Under the pieces are notes generated by a model. The model searched no databases. It saw nothing but the letters and a program-made list of their open reading frames with translations, and had not been told where the DNA came from. From assembly GCA_023898405.1 (NCBI GenBank), contig CP060221.1, positions 1,719,381-1,783,380 on the forward strand: a stretch of 64,000 nt of DNA. The letters are read 5' to 3'. The DNA comes from Myxococcales bacterium. GTDB lineage: Bacteria > Myxococcota > UBA727 > JABDBI01. A program made the position numbers and the translations under genes. Positions 20,058 through 29,903 of the stretch are shown one piece after another (the first letter of the stretch is position 1; every line of letters begins with the position of its first letter).

Positions 20058-21446
20058 TTAGAGAATGTACTTGCTGAGATCTTCGTCTTTCAATATAGGT
20101 GAGAGACGCTCTAAGACAAGTTTTTCATCGATCACAACCTGAGTGTTGGGTGTATCAGGGGAAGAAAAACTCTCTTCTTCTAGCAGTTTCTCCATAACGG
20201 TATGAAGACGCCGAGCTCCAATGTTTTCTTGGGAGGAATTAACATTGTAGGCCACTTGGGCAATGCTCTTAATTCCGCTGCTTTCAAATTTTAAATCCAC
20301 ATCTTCGGTCTTTAAAAGAGCACTATACTGTTTGACAAGGCTATTTTCTGGCTCGGTCAAGATACGAATAAAATCTTCTTGATTGAGAGAATCGAGTTCT
20401 ACACGGATAGGGAAACGTCCTTGCAGCTCAGGAATTAAATCTGAAGGCTTGGAAATATGGAAAGCGCCTGCTGCTATAAATAAAATATGATCAGTTTTTA
20501 CAAAGCCATATTTGGTAGATACAGTTGAGCCTTCAACAATTGGCAAAATATCTCGCTGTACGCCTTCACGACTGACATCAGGGCCTTTACCTCCATCAGC
20601 TTTGGCAACTTTATCTATTTCATCGATAAAAATAATTCCATTTTGTTCGGCAATCTCTACTGCATCCCGTTGGACCTGCTCCATATCGATCAGACGAGCA
20701 GCTTCTTCCGATTGAAGCACTTCTAGAGCTTCAGGCACTGTCATTTTTTTCTTCTTTTTGCGTCCGCGCCCCATAGCTCCCTGAAGAGCTTCTTGGATTT
20801 GGTTAGCCATATCTTCCATACCAGTTTGACCAAACATGTGCATGACAGGACCGTTGGAAGCTTGGCTTACCTCAATATTAACTTCCTTATTATCGAGTTT
20901 TCCTTCTTTGAGCATCGCCCGCATTTTTTCGCGAGTTTCATCGTGTTGTTTGTCGGCAGGTGGCTCAGTAGGCTGTTCTACTTCTCTAAGATCGAAAGGC
21001 ATAGTTTTAGGCGATTGTGGCGCTGGCAGCAAAATATCAAGTATTCGCTCTTGTGCTCGTTGCGCAGCTTTGCTTGCGACACCCTTCATAGCGTTTTCCT
21101 TGCACATTTTAACCGAACACTCGACTAAGTCTCTCACCATAGAATCAACATCGCGTCCAACATAGCCAACCTCAGTAAATTTGGTGGCCTCTACTTTTAT
21201 AAAGGGAGCGTTGGCAAGCTTGGCAAGTCTGCGGGCTATTTCAGTTTTTCCGCATCCAGTTGGCCCCATCATAATAATATTTTTGGGGCTAATTTCATCT
21301 CGCAACTTTTTATCAACTCTTTGGCGACGCCAGCGATTTCTTAGTGCGATAGCTACAGCTTTTTTGGCTTGTTTTTGGCCAACGATGTAGCGATCTAATT
21401 CAGAAACAACTTCTCTTGGAGTAAAATTCTTTTCGATAGATGACAT
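20058..21446 (-). CDS. hslU: ATP-dependent protease ATPase subunit HslU
   Basis: Near-identical to gammaproteobacterial HslU in conserved blocks ([88 protein letters not shown]). Start set at Met of [14 protein letters not shown] (21446) with an AAGGAG-like RBS; the longer ORF to 21509 overlaps hslV. Confidence 0.95.
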   Translation of the reverse strand: MSSIEKNFTPREVVSELDRYIVGQKQAKKAVAIALRNRWRRQRVDKKLRDEISPKNIIMMGPTGCGKTEIARRLAKLANAPFIKVEATKFTEVGYVGRDVDSMVRDLVECSVKMCKENAMKGVASKAAQRAQERILDILLPAPQSPKTMPFDLREVEQPTEPPADKQHDETREKMRAMLKEGKLDNKEVNIEVSQASNGPVMHMFGQTGMEDMANQIQEALQGAMGRGRKKKKKMTVPEALEVLQSEEAARLIDMEQVQRDAVEIAEQNGIIFIDEIDKVAKADGGKGPDVSREGVQRDILPIVEGSTVSTKYGFVKTDHILFIAAGAFHISKPSDLIPELQGRFPIRVELDSLNQEDFIRILTEPENSLVKQYSALLKTEDVDLKFESSGIKSIAQVAYNVNSSQENIGARRLHTVMEKLLEEESFSSPDTPNTQVVIDEKLVLERLSPILKDEDLSKYIL

Positions 21447-21466
21447 AAAAACTCTCCTTAAGGATA

Positions 21467-22006
21467 TTAAAGTTCCAAAAATACGTGATGATGATTGGTG
21501 TACACACAAATATCTGCTGCTATGTTCATTGCTTTTTGAGCAATGGTTCGTGCATCTAATTCTGTTGACTCAGATAGGGCTCGTGCGGCAGCAAGAGCAT
21601 AGTGTCCGCCCGAACCGATTGCGTGAACATCGCAATCAGGCTCAAGTACATCACCCGTACCAGAAATCAATAAAATTTTATCTTTATTGCCCACCAATAG
21701 CATGGCTTCAAGACGGCGTAAAATCCGATCAGAACGCCATTCCTTGGCTAGCTCAACGGCGGCTCTCACAAATTGTCCACTGTGGGATTTAATCTTGGCT
21801 TCAAAGAGGTCGAAAAGCTTAAAGGCATCAGCAGTGGAGCCGGCGAACCCTGCCAAAACTTGCCCATCGCACAAGGTTCTTAATTTATTGGCATTGGCCT
21901 TTACAATAGATTGACCAAGACTTACTTGTCCGTCACCTGCCAAAACCAAATGGCCATTTTTTCTAACCGCTAGAATTGTAGTCGCATGAAACATGAAATT
22001 TCCCAT
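21467..22006 (-). CDS. hslV: ATP-dependent protease subunit HslV
   Basis: HslV N-terminus with catalytic Thr pair ([13 protein letters not shown]...[11 protein letters not shown]) and conserved GSGG region. Start chosen at [10 protein letters not shown] (22006); 21994 is the alternative. Confidence 0.9.
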   Translation of the reverse strand: MGNFMFHATTILAVRKNGHLVLAGDGQVSLGQSIVKANANKLRTLCDGQVLAGFAGSTADAFKLFDLFEAKIKSHSGQFVRAAVELAKEWRSDRILRRLEAMLLVGNKDKILLISGTGDVLEPDCDVHAIGSGGHYALAAARALSESTELDARTIAQKAMNIAADICVYTNHHHVFLEL

Positions 22007-22425
22007 TTTTGAGTCAATCCTGGTTAGTCTAATCACCCAAAAAAAGCAGTCGAGTGGCCATCATGAATTAATGGTAATGAGGAGATATTCACTTCATATA
22101 AAGGAAGTTTTTTAAAGACTAAGTTTCTTATTGAGAGAGGAGCGACATTGAGCCGACAATTTTAAAAATTATTTTTATGTATTATTTTTTATGGTGAAAA
22201 AAGTGAGTATGAGTTACCAAAAAAACAGTCATAATAGCAGTTTTTGTTTTTATGCGATTTTAGTGGGAATATTATTTAAAATAAATAAGCATTTTCTGGT
22301 GTAAAAATATTCCTTTAATTATAGCTGTAAAAGTTAAATCTTCAATATTTTTGGAAATTAGTCCGATAAATTAGATAATGAATAAGAAGCGCTGCGTAAA
22401 GCATATATAACCTGTGGGGAGTGTA

Positions 22426-24102
22426 ATGAAAAGACCTTCAACATATCCTGGAAGAATAGCTCTTTCGGCTATTCTGACCTCTATAATATTGTTGCTCGCC
22501 AATCAAGCAATAGCTAAAGAATATATAGTAAAATTGAAAAATCATCCCCTGCAATATAGTTTCGATTATCTGGCAAGTTCAACAAATAATACTTACAAAG
22601 TAAATGGCATAGCTGAGGATATGGGCCTTATCAAGGTTGATGCCAAAGTTGATGAAAATTCTGAAGATGCTCAGTTGAAATTAAAAAAATATTTTGACGC
22701 TGAATATGTTGTACCCAACGTAAAACTGCATGCTTTTATCGATGATTCTGATCCAAGAAGAGCTGAACAATGGGCTTTGGACGTTATACATGCTGCTGAT
22801 GCATGGAATATTTCGCCAGGCAGTAAATCAGTAGTTGTAGCTGTGATCGATACAGGTGTTGATATGACGCATGAGGATCTAAAAGGCAACATTTGGGAAA
22901 ATCCAGGTGAGATAGCTGGCAATAAGGTCGATGATGACAACAACGGTTATATCGATGATGTTCATGGCTGGGATTTTTTTGCTAAAGATAAAGATCCAAC
23001 AGATGAAACTGGCGGACAAAATCCAGGTCATGGCACTCATTGCTCAGGTATTGTTGGGGCTTTATGTGGCAATGGTTTGGGTGTGTGTGGAATTAGTCCT
23101 GTCGTATCAATAATGCCTTTGCGTTTTTTGGATAAAAATGGTTCTGGGGACCTGTTTGATTCCGTAAAAGCTATCGAATACGCCATGAATAACGGAGCTC
23201 ATATTATCAGTGCTAGCTGGGGAGCAAATATTGACCGCTCAGGTGCTCAGCCAATCATTGATGCAATTCAAAAAGCTGAAGAAAAAGGTCTAATTTTTGT
23301 TGTGGCAGCATCAAACGATGGCAAGTCCAATGATACGACTGAGGTATATCCTGCAAATGCGCAAACACCAAACATAATCTCAGTAGCAGCTTCTAACAGC
23401 AACGATCAAAAACCGTCATGGTCAAATTATGGACGCAAAGTTGATCTTGCGGCACCCGGTGAAAATATTTTAAGCACAGTGCCAGGAGGTTATGAAGAAC
23501 TGTCTGGAACCTCAATGGCAACTCCATATGTTGCTGGTCTAGTAGCATTGATGAAATCTTTGGATATTAGTCTTACTGGAGCGCAAGCTCGATCTATTTT
23601 GCAAAGCACTGGAGCAAAGGTAGACATTCAAACAGCAAGCAATACCAGAATTGATGCGAAAAATGCTCTACAAGCTGTGGCGAGCCAAAGTCTAACGGTA
23701 GTGCCAGCAGCAGCTACGTTCAAAGTTAACGATGAATTTGATTTTGCTGCATGGGGTGGTGTTGGACCCTATACTTTTAGCTCAGATAATTCAGACATAG
23801 CATCGGTCGATGAGCAGGGGCATTTAGTTGCTAAAGCTTTAGGAAGTGTCATCATCAATGTAAGTGATAGTGCGGGAAATACGGCCCGGTCGGTAAGTGT
23901 AGAAATAAGTGATGGCTCAGGCGGCGGAGGAGGTAGCGGCGACTGTCCTTTCGGTAACGATTTCATGTGCCAAATCATGTGTCTCTTCGATCCAAGTCAG
24001 TCTTGGTGCCAAGGCGGTGGCGGTGGCGGTGGTGGTTTGCCATTCCCTATTCCAGGTTTGCCAGGTCTACCAGGACTCCCAGGTATGCCCGGAAATATCT
24101 AA
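22426..24102 (+). CDS. Subtilisin-like serine protease (S8 family), secreted
   Basis: Catalytic triad motifs AVIDTGVD (Asp), HGTHCSGIVGA (His), GTSMATPYVAGLVALM (Ser); signal peptide; C-terminal Gly-rich and PGLPG-repeat tail. ATG at 22426 with GGGAG RBS (ORF track begins at GTG 22414). Confidence 0.9.
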   Translation: MKRPSTYPGRIALSAILTSIILLLANQAIAKEYIVKLKNHPLQYSFDYLASSTNNTYKVNGIAEDMGLIKVDAKVDENSEDAQLKLKKYFDAEYVVPNVKLHAFIDDSDPRRAEQWALDVIHAADAWNISPGSKSVVVAVIDTGVDMTHEDLKGNIWENPGEIAGNKVDDDNNGYIDDVHGWDFFAKDKDPTDETGGQNPGHGTHCSGIVGALCGNGLGVCGISPVVSIMPLRFLDKNGSGDLFDSVKAIEYAMNNGAHIISASWGANIDRSGAQPIIDAIQKAEEKGLIFVVAASNDGKSNDTTEVYPANAQTPNIISVAASNSNDQKPSWSNYGRKVDLAAPGENILSTVPGGYEELSGTSMATPYVAGLVALMKSLDISLTGAQARSILQSTGAKVDIQTASNTRIDAKNALQAVASQSLTVVPAAATFKVNDEFDFAAWGGVGPYTFSSDNSDIASVDEQGHLVAKALGSVIINVSDSAGNTARSVSVEISDGSGGGGGSGDCPFGNDFMCQIMCLFDPSQSWCQGGGGGGGGLPFPIPGLPGLPGLPGMPGNI

Positions 24103-24122
24103 GCAACGCGAACCTTCATCAT

Positions 24123-24169
24123 GCTTCAAAACACTTGCATGCTTAGGCAGTTGTTTTGAAGCTTTTTTA
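24123..24169 (+). terminator. Rho-independent terminator after the subtilase gene
   Basis: Perfect 11-bp inverted repeat GCTTCAAAACA (24123..24133) / TGTTTTGAAGC (24152..24162) followed by TTTTTT. Confidence 0.65.
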
Positions 24170-24572
24170 TTAGCTTAGTGATGATCATATTGCATTGTGG
24201 CGTAATGCCAAAGGACAAGCTTCCTATCGCAGCTCTCGTGGATTGCTGTGTAGTTTTTGCTGAAATTATTCGTGTCGTCATGTTTGTATAAAATTCATTG
24301 ATAACTAAAGTGTCTAGTATTCCTGGTATGTCTAATGTGATTGGTGGCGAGTACATGGTGGTAAAATATGTGCCAATTTTTGAGAAGAACGAGGTTATTT
24401 TTGCCCCAATTTGCAGGTTTTGATAGAAGGGCATTTTCAGAAGAAAAGGCTTATACTACTTACGGGCAACCAGGGTATGCATTAAAAAACTCCTGTGCTC
24501 TTAGAAATAAGAACTTCTAACTAAATATGACTAGTCGTTATAGACGTACTATGAACATTATAGGGAATTCCT

Positions 24573-25712
24573 GTGGGCGATCTTTTTACAATATTAGCCG
24601 ATTTAATTGCCTTTAAGACCGTGTCCTTATCGCCAAACATTAGCCTTATTAATTATTTAAGAGATTTTTTTAGTCTTTTAGGGTTCTCTACGGATATCAT
24701 TTCCCATCCTCATGATCCTTTGCGTGCAAATCTATTGTGCCAGATAGGCCCCCAAGTACAAGGTGGTCTTATGCTCTGTGGACACACTGATGTGGTGCCC
24801 GTATCTGATCAAAATTGGTATTCGGATCCTTTCATTATGACGGAACAAGAAGGGCGTTTTTATGGACGTGGTACCACCGACATGAAAGGATTTATTGCAG
24901 CGACATGTGTCGCACTCTCACAACTGCCATTACAAAAACTTTCACGTCCCCTTTCATTACTGTGGACCTACGACGAGGAGGTGGGGTGCCAGGGTTCTTA
25001 TCACATGGCTCCGTTGTTAAAAAATTATTTTAAATATTTACCAGAAGCAGCACTTATTGGTGAACCTACTGATTTTAGAGTCCTTCGTATGCACGCGGGC
25101 CATGCTACCGTTTCAATTCGTGTTAAAGGCAAAGGTGCTCACAGCTCAGACCCCTCTTTAGGAGTAAGCGCAATCAAAGCCATGCATCAAATTCTCACAG
25201 GCATTTTTGCGCTTGAAAACGAATTACAGCAAGAGAAAAGCCTTGAAAACCATTTTAAACGTCCCTTTGTGCTCCTTAATGTTGGAGAAATTCACGGTGG
25301 TAGTGCTGTTAATATTATCCCCGATGAAGCCTCTGTTCGCATTGGCTTCAGACCACTCCCTAACACATCAATCCCCCATATTGTCCATCGCATCAAAGAG
25401 CGAGCTTACAAGTCGTGCACTATGAAAGAAGTTGGTATCACTGTAACGCTAGAAAATTGTGCCCCCGCTATGATGACAAAAGAAAACATTAAACTCGCTA
25501 ATATTCTTGAGTGCTACACAACTAAAGGCCAGGAAGAAGCTGCGGCATATGCGACTGATGCGGGAAATCTTTGTGAATATGATATTCCTTGCCTTATTTT
25601 TGGCCCCGGAACCATTGATATAGCTCATCAAGCTAACGAGTGGATAAGCATCAATGTTCTTCTGCAAGCTCGAGAAAAAATAAAAGGTATCGTCATGGAT
25701 TACTGTGGATAG
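24573..25712 (+). CDS. M20-family metallopeptidase (acetylornithine deacetylase ArgE / DapE-like)
   Basis: 379 aa with M20 metal-binding motifs (LCGHTDVVPV, GRGTTDMKG, YDEEVG, GEPT, HGG). Exact substrate not assignable by eye. Confidence 0.75.
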   Translation: MGDLFTILADLIAFKTVSLSPNISLINYLRDFFSLLGFSTDIISHPHDPLRANLLCQIGPQVQGGLMLCGHTDVVPVSDQNWYSDPFIMTEQEGRFYGRGTTDMKGFIAATCVALSQLPLQKLSRPLSLLWTYDEEVGCQGSYHMAPLLKNYFKYLPEAALIGEPTDFRVLRMHAGHATVSIRVKGKGAHSSDPSLGVSAIKAMHQILTGIFALENELQQEKSLENHFKRPFVLLNVGEIHGGSAVNIIPDEASVRIGFRPLPNTSIPHIVHRIKERAYKSCTMKEVGITVTLENCAPAMMTKENIKLANILECYTTKGQEEAAAYATDAGNLCEYDIPCLIFGPGTIDIAHQANEWISINVLLQAREKIKGIVMDYCG

Positions 25713-25719
25713 TCAACTT

Positions 25720-26358
25720 GGTAGTGCGTCAAATTTGTTGAACTATTTTTCTTCTCTCCTTTCTTAAATAAATTGAGTTTGTTCTTAAACAAGATTTGAA
25801 GGAAGGCCATGACTGTTTACCTGCCACTGGAATGCCCGAGCTGTAAAGACACAAAATCCGTTGTTAAATTTGGCAAGAGCTCTAACAGCAAGCAACGCTA
25901 CTGCTGTCAAAATGATAAATGCGATAGGAAAACTTTCATTGTCCGCTATGACAATAAGGGATGGCTTGCAGAAATTAGAGAAAAGATCCTTGATATGGCT
26001 ATGAATGGGGCAGGAATTAGAGATACATCGCGAGTGCTCTGCGTCTCCCAGAAAACTGTGATGTCCACATTAAAAAAAAGGCTGTGCGCTCACCCAATTG
26101 GAATCGAACATTACTTCACTGACGGCTGGGGCGGGTACGAAAGACACATCTCATCGAAACATCTTTCTATTGGGAAAGAAAACACCCAAAAGATCGAACG
26201 AAAACATTTAACTCTGCGAACAAGGATAAAGCGACTGGGGCGCAAAACTATTTGTTTTTCTAAGTCTGAAACCATGCATGACATTGTGCTTGGCTTGTTT
26301 ATAAATAGATATGAATTTGGGATCGCAATTTAGAATTCAACAAATTTGCCGCACTACC
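25720..26358 (+). mobile_element. IS1-family element, short (639 bp), probably internally deleted
   Basis: 23-bp terminal inverted repeats GGTAGTGCGTCAAATTTGTTGAA (25720..25742) and TTCAACAAATTTGCCGCACTACC (26336..26358), one mismatch, with the GGTA(A/G)TGC start typical of IS1. No target duplication evident. Confidence 0.7.
25809..26333 (+). CDS. IS1-family transposase (InsA-like zinc finger/HTH fused to C-terminal InsB-like region)
   Basis: 174 aa: N-terminus CPSCKDTKSVVKFGKSSNSKQRYCCQNDKC and ILDMAMNGAGIRDTSRVL (InsA-like); C-terminus FTDGWGGYER...TQKIERKHLTLRTRIKRLGRKTICFSKS (InsB-like). The region carrying the first catalytic Asp of InsB appears absent. Confidence 0.75.
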   Translation: MTVYLPLECPSCKDTKSVVKFGKSSNSKQRYCCQNDKCDRKTFIVRYDNKGWLAEIREKILDMAMNGAGIRDTSRVLCVSQKTVMSTLKKRLCAHPIGIEHYFTDGWGGYERHISSKHLSIGKENTQKIERKHLTLRTRIKRLGRKTICFSKSETMHDIVLGLFINRYEFGIAI

Positions 26359-26680
26359 GGCTAAATCAGCCATTGATTTAAGTTCAACAGATTGCTTTAA
26401 CGGGGCCCAATGCTGGGCCCTTCATATTTATACATAGCATCAATGAACAATGAAAATGCACAAGGATGTCAACTAAAGCAAAAATTATTCTTCGTTTACA
26501 TCAGAAAAACTTTTTACTCTTGCTTTTGCTGCTTGATCACGTTTATTTTTGTTGCATTAACATATCTCATTTTTTACTCAAAAGTTGAATCAAATAATTT
26601 TGGTTGAGAACTAAACTACTTGGTTTTTCCATGGGTAAAAGCAAAAAAGAGATAAAGAATTTTATTCTTTAGGGGGAGCT

Positions 26681-28243
26681 ATGAACACACAATTTATCTT
26701 GTGGTCATCTATTTTATCCATTTTTTTTTCTTTTCTCGTACATGCTGAGAAGAGCCTTAGTTTTGAGCCGGATCATTATATTAGCTATGATATCAAGGCG
26801 AGAAATGGCCATTGGCAGATGGTTAATTTAAGAGACCAGTTTTTGGAGCCGACTGATTTTTTGGTTAGGGGGCCGATCAAGTATTTGAATCCCACTCTCA
26901 AAAGACACAATAATCAGGTTTTTGAGATAAAAAATAAAAAGCTTCATTATGCTGCATACGAAGTATTTCCTGAATCCAATTATGACATCAATGAAACGGT
27001 TGTGGTTCATAATCAATTTGGCAGCTTTACTTTTGATGCTTTCAAGCCCAGCAGATTACTTGTGCCATCGATTAAGTCGCATATTTTTAAAGGTAAAAAA
27101 GATCGAAAAATTCTTGAAAACAGTGACCACTACCTTTGTTACGATATAAAACCTGAGCTGATTGTAACTGAGGGCGGATATTTGAAAGATGAATTTAGAG
27201 GAAGATCTTTTGATACCTTGATTGCAAAAAGATTATGCAATCCCGTAGCCAAACGACATGACGATAAATATTTTGACATAATAAATGATGTTGAGACGAA
27301 CCATTTGATGTGTTTTGAGCTCAGTAAAAAAAGAATCTTTCGTCTACTGCACTTCAAAAATCAATTTGGATTTAGATTTGCTGCTGCACTGAATGATGAA
27401 GAGCTATGTGTGCCTTCGACTAAAATAAAAATCAGAAAAAAATGCGAAGATCAAGTACCTGATTCCGCAGGTATATGCGGAGGCGACTGCCCTGTTGCAA
27501 CCGACTTATGTATTTATATTCCTGAAACCAATGAGTGTGGTTGTGCTCCAGAACAACCGCGATTTTGTGAAGACAATACACCAGATCCTCTTGGTGTATG
27601 CGGCGGAGATTGCCCCGATAATCTTGAATGTATAGCAGATCTAGCAAATCAAAGCTGTTATTGCAAAGAACCACCTAATCCATGTGGTTTAAATGCTGAT
27701 GGTCTGTGCGGAGGCGACTGCCCTGTTGCAACCGACTTATGTATTTATATTTCTGAAACCAATGAGTGTGGTTGTGCTCCAGAGCAACCGCGATTTTGTG
27801 AAGATAATACACCAGATCCTCTTGGTGTATGCGGCGGAGATTGCCCCGATAATCTTGAATGCATAGCAGATCTTAGCAGTCAAAGCTGTTATTGCAAAGA
27901 ACCACCTAATCCATGTGGTTTAAATGCTGACGGTCAGTGCGGAGGCGACTGCTTAGTTGCAAGTGAGATCTGTAGCTTTATTCCAGGAACAAATGAATGC
28001 GGTTGTGCTCCACAAGAACCATTGTTGTGTGAAGATAGTATTCCTGATTCAACCGGAATATGCGGCGGAGAATGTCCAAATAATTCAATATGCGCTCCCG
28101 ATTCAGTCAATCAAAAATGTTTTTGCCGACCGGTAATAGAAAGTTGTGGATTAAATGCCGAAGGTTTGTGTGGAGGAGATTGTTTAGATCCGAGTCAGAG
28201 CTGCACATTTATAATTGGTGCAGATATCTGCGCATGTCTCTAA
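26681..28243 (+). CDS. Secreted Cys-rich tandem-repeat protein (hypothetical)
   Basis: 520 aa; signal peptide; N-terminal half has two related ~110-aa segments (DHYISYDIKARNG... / DHYLCYDIKPELIV...); C-terminal half is 3.5 tandem 77-aa Cys-rich units built on a CGGDCP...C...NxCxC module. RBS AGGGGGAG upstream. Confidence 0.7.
   Translation: MNTQFILWSSILSIFFSFLVHAEKSLSFEPDHYISYDIKARNGHWQMVNLRDQFLEPTDFLVRGPIKYLNPTLKRHNNQVFEIKNKKLHYAAYEVFPESNYDINETVVVHNQFGSFTFDAFKPSRLLVPSIKSHIFKGKKDRKILENSDHYLCYDIKPELIVTEGGYLKDEFRGRSFDTLIAKRLCNPVAKRHDDKYFDIINDVETNHLMCFELSKKRIFRLLHFKNQFGFRFAAALNDEELCVPSTKIKIRKKCEDQVPDSAGICGGDCPVATDLCIYIPETNECGCAPEQPRFCEDNTPDPLGVCGGDCPDNLECIADLANQSCYCKEPPNPCGLNADGLCGGDCPVATDLCIYISETNECGCAPEQPRFCEDNTPDPLGVCGGDCPDNLECIADLSSQSCYCKEPPNPCGLNADGQCGGDCLVASEICSFIPGTNECGCAPQEPLLCEDSIPDSTGICGGECPNNSICAPDSVNQKCFCRPVIESCGLNAEGLCGGDCLDPSQSCTFIIGADICACL
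27466..28158 (+). repeat. Three in-frame 231-bp tandem repeats (units 1 and 2 about 96% identical, unit 3 diverged) inside CDS 26681..28243
   Basis: GCGGAGGCGACTGCC recurs at 27477, 27708 and 27939 (period 231 bp); units 1 and 2 differ at about 9 positions. Confidence 0.85.
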
Positions 28244-28370
28244 GTAAAATATAAATTGCTGAGAGGGCTTTAAAAATGATTTTTAGGGCCCTTTCTCAAT
28301 TACTCACCCAAAAGATCTAACTTTTTGTGGCATATTTTACTCAACATGATTGTTATTGGAGACGGGACTA

Positions 28371-28404
28371 AAAAAAGATTCCTAAGTACTTAGGAATCTT
28401 TTTT
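28371..28404. terminator. Bidirectional rho-independent terminator
   Basis: A-tract, perfect palindrome AGATTCCTAAGT/ACTTAGGAATCT, then T-tract (AAAAAAGATTCCTAAGTACTTAGGAATCTTTTTT). Confidence 0.65.
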
Positions 28405-28632
28405 GAAACCAAAGGTAGTACTTTAGCTGTAAAATTTCGTGAGTGAAAATTATCTATTCGAGAGCTTTGTGAGTAAATCCATCCATAGATTACGTGTCAA
28501 TAAGTGCACTCATGAGATAATACTTGAGGCCAATGATACTCTGCTTGGTGTTTTGCGATATCGTCTTGACTTGATTGGCACCAAGCAAGGATGTGACAAA
28601 GGTGACTGTGGAGCATGTACGGTGCTTCTTAA

Positions 28633-29537
28633 GAGGCTGTAAAAAAAATCAAATCTCAGGTGGTAAGCCAATTTTCCAATCGTCTGATACATAATCTTGC
28701 ATTAGCGATGTAGTTCATTGATTCCTGATGCTTTGTATTCTTCTCATAGTTACGCACCAGACGCCTATTTCGATTCAGCCAAGCAAAAGTTCGTTCTACG
28801 GCCCAACGAAATATTTGTGGTACAAACCCCTTTTGCCCTTTTAAACGTTCCGCAGTTTCTGTGCTTACGCCTACTCTCAAGCCTGAAGACAAATTCTTAT
28901 ATGCGTTATCTCCAAGAATCTTCGCTAATCTGGGAAACTTCTCGCGCTTATTGAGCTCAGTAACCAATTCCTCGCCGGCAACCCTATCAGATACATTTGC
29001 TGCGGTACAAATGCATAGGAGCATCAATCCCATCGTATCAACAACGATGTGGCGCTTTCTTCCATTAATCTTCTTTCCCCCATCCAAACCACGCTCATCT
29101 ACTCCTGGTTCCGCTGTCTGTGATTGGGAGTCGATGGAAACAAGTGAGGGGCTTGCATCTCTGCCAGCACAGGTTCTGACTATTGCCACGAGAATGCAGT
29201 TTAAGACCGCCCACAAACCAGAAACAGACCAGGTGCGAAAATAGTGATAGACAATACCGTGAGGAGGAAAGTCATTGGGTAAACAACGCCACACACAGCC
29301 GTTCTTTAAAACATAGAATATGGCATCAACTATGCTCCGAAAGCTATAGACACGACGTCTGCCTCGTTTGGCGTTAGCAGGAAAAAGTGGCTCAATCACT
29401 TCCCAGGCACAATCTGACAAACAGGTCTCATACAAGCACGACATGATATTTCCTTTCAAAAAGGTTTTCACGTCATACTTTCGTCACAGCGACATTTATT
29501 GAACCAGAATTGCCAAATTGATTTTTTTTACAGCCTC
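28633..29537 (-). mobile_element. IS5-family insertion sequence (IS1031-like, ~905 bp), apparently intact
   Basis: Perfect 20-bp terminal inverted repeats GAGGCTGTAAAAAAAATCAA (28633..28652 and reverse complement at 29518..29537), flanked by a 3-bp direct repeat TAA (28630..28632 and 29538..29540). Single transposase ORF. Confidence 0.9.
28656..29471 (-). CDS. IS5-family DDE transposase
   Basis: 271-aa ORF filling the element, with conserved C-terminal block AERLKGQKGFVPQIFRWAVERTFAWLNRNRRLVRNYEK shared with the remnant at 11514..11777. Confidence 0.9.
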   Translation of the reverse strand: MKTFLKGNIMSCLYETCLSDCAWEVIEPLFPANAKRGRRRVYSFRSIVDAIFYVLKNGCVWRCLPNDFPPHGIVYHYFRTWSVSGLWAVLNCILVAIVRTCAGRDASPSLVSIDSQSQTAEPGVDERGLDGGKKINGRKRHIVVDTMGLMLLCICTAANVSDRVAGEELVTELNKREKFPRLAKILGDNAYKNLSSGLRVGVSTETAERLKGQKGFVPQIFRWAVERTFAWLNRNRRLVRNYEKNTKHQESMNYIANARLCIRRLENWLTT

Positions 29538-29903
29538 TAATGGAAAACCTGTTTTATCGTGTCTTACGCTTGCTCAATTAATAAATGACTCGGATGATAT
29601 TTCTACTATCGAAAGCCTAGCAGAGAACAAAGGAATAGATATTTTGCTCGAAGCTTTTGAAGAGTGTGGCGCTTTGCAGTGCGGTTTTTGTCAGCCAGGA
29701 ATGATTTTATCGGCTAAAGCTTTACTCAGTAAAAATCATGCGCCTAGTCTTGAAGAAATTCGCCAAGCACTAAGCGGCAACCTATGCAGATGTACTGGCT
29801 ATAGTAAAATCTACATGGCAGTTATGGCAGCCGTATTGGTGAAAAACAAAAAAGTAGATTCACTCAAAGAAGCGATTGCTCAGCTAAAAAACGAAAATTA
29901 TCT

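Noticed and set aside
20512-21390. Plus-strand ORFs antisense to hslU (20512..20715, 20793..21128, 20836..21165, 21181..21390)
   Set aside because: Antisense to a highly conserved hslU coding frame; no independent support.
21447-21509. N-terminal extension of hslU ORF ([21 protein letters not shown]) overlapping hslV
   Set aside because: Conserved HslU N-terminus begins at [14 protein letters not shown] with an RBS; the upstream extension has no counterpart in HslU.
24126-24434. 102-aa minus-strand ORF between the subtilase and M20 peptidase genes
   Set aside because: No motifs, poor start context, overlaps the subtilase terminator hairpin; likely non-coding.
26410-26607. 65-aa ORF between the IS1 element and the Cys-rich protein gene
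   Set aside because: Hydrophobic low-complexity translation in the promoter region; no support.
27466-28158. Regularly spaced 231-bp repeats considered as a possible CRISPR-like array
   Set aside because: Repeats are in-frame protein-coding units with no spacer/repeat architecture and no cas genes; the unit is far too long for a CRISPR repeat.
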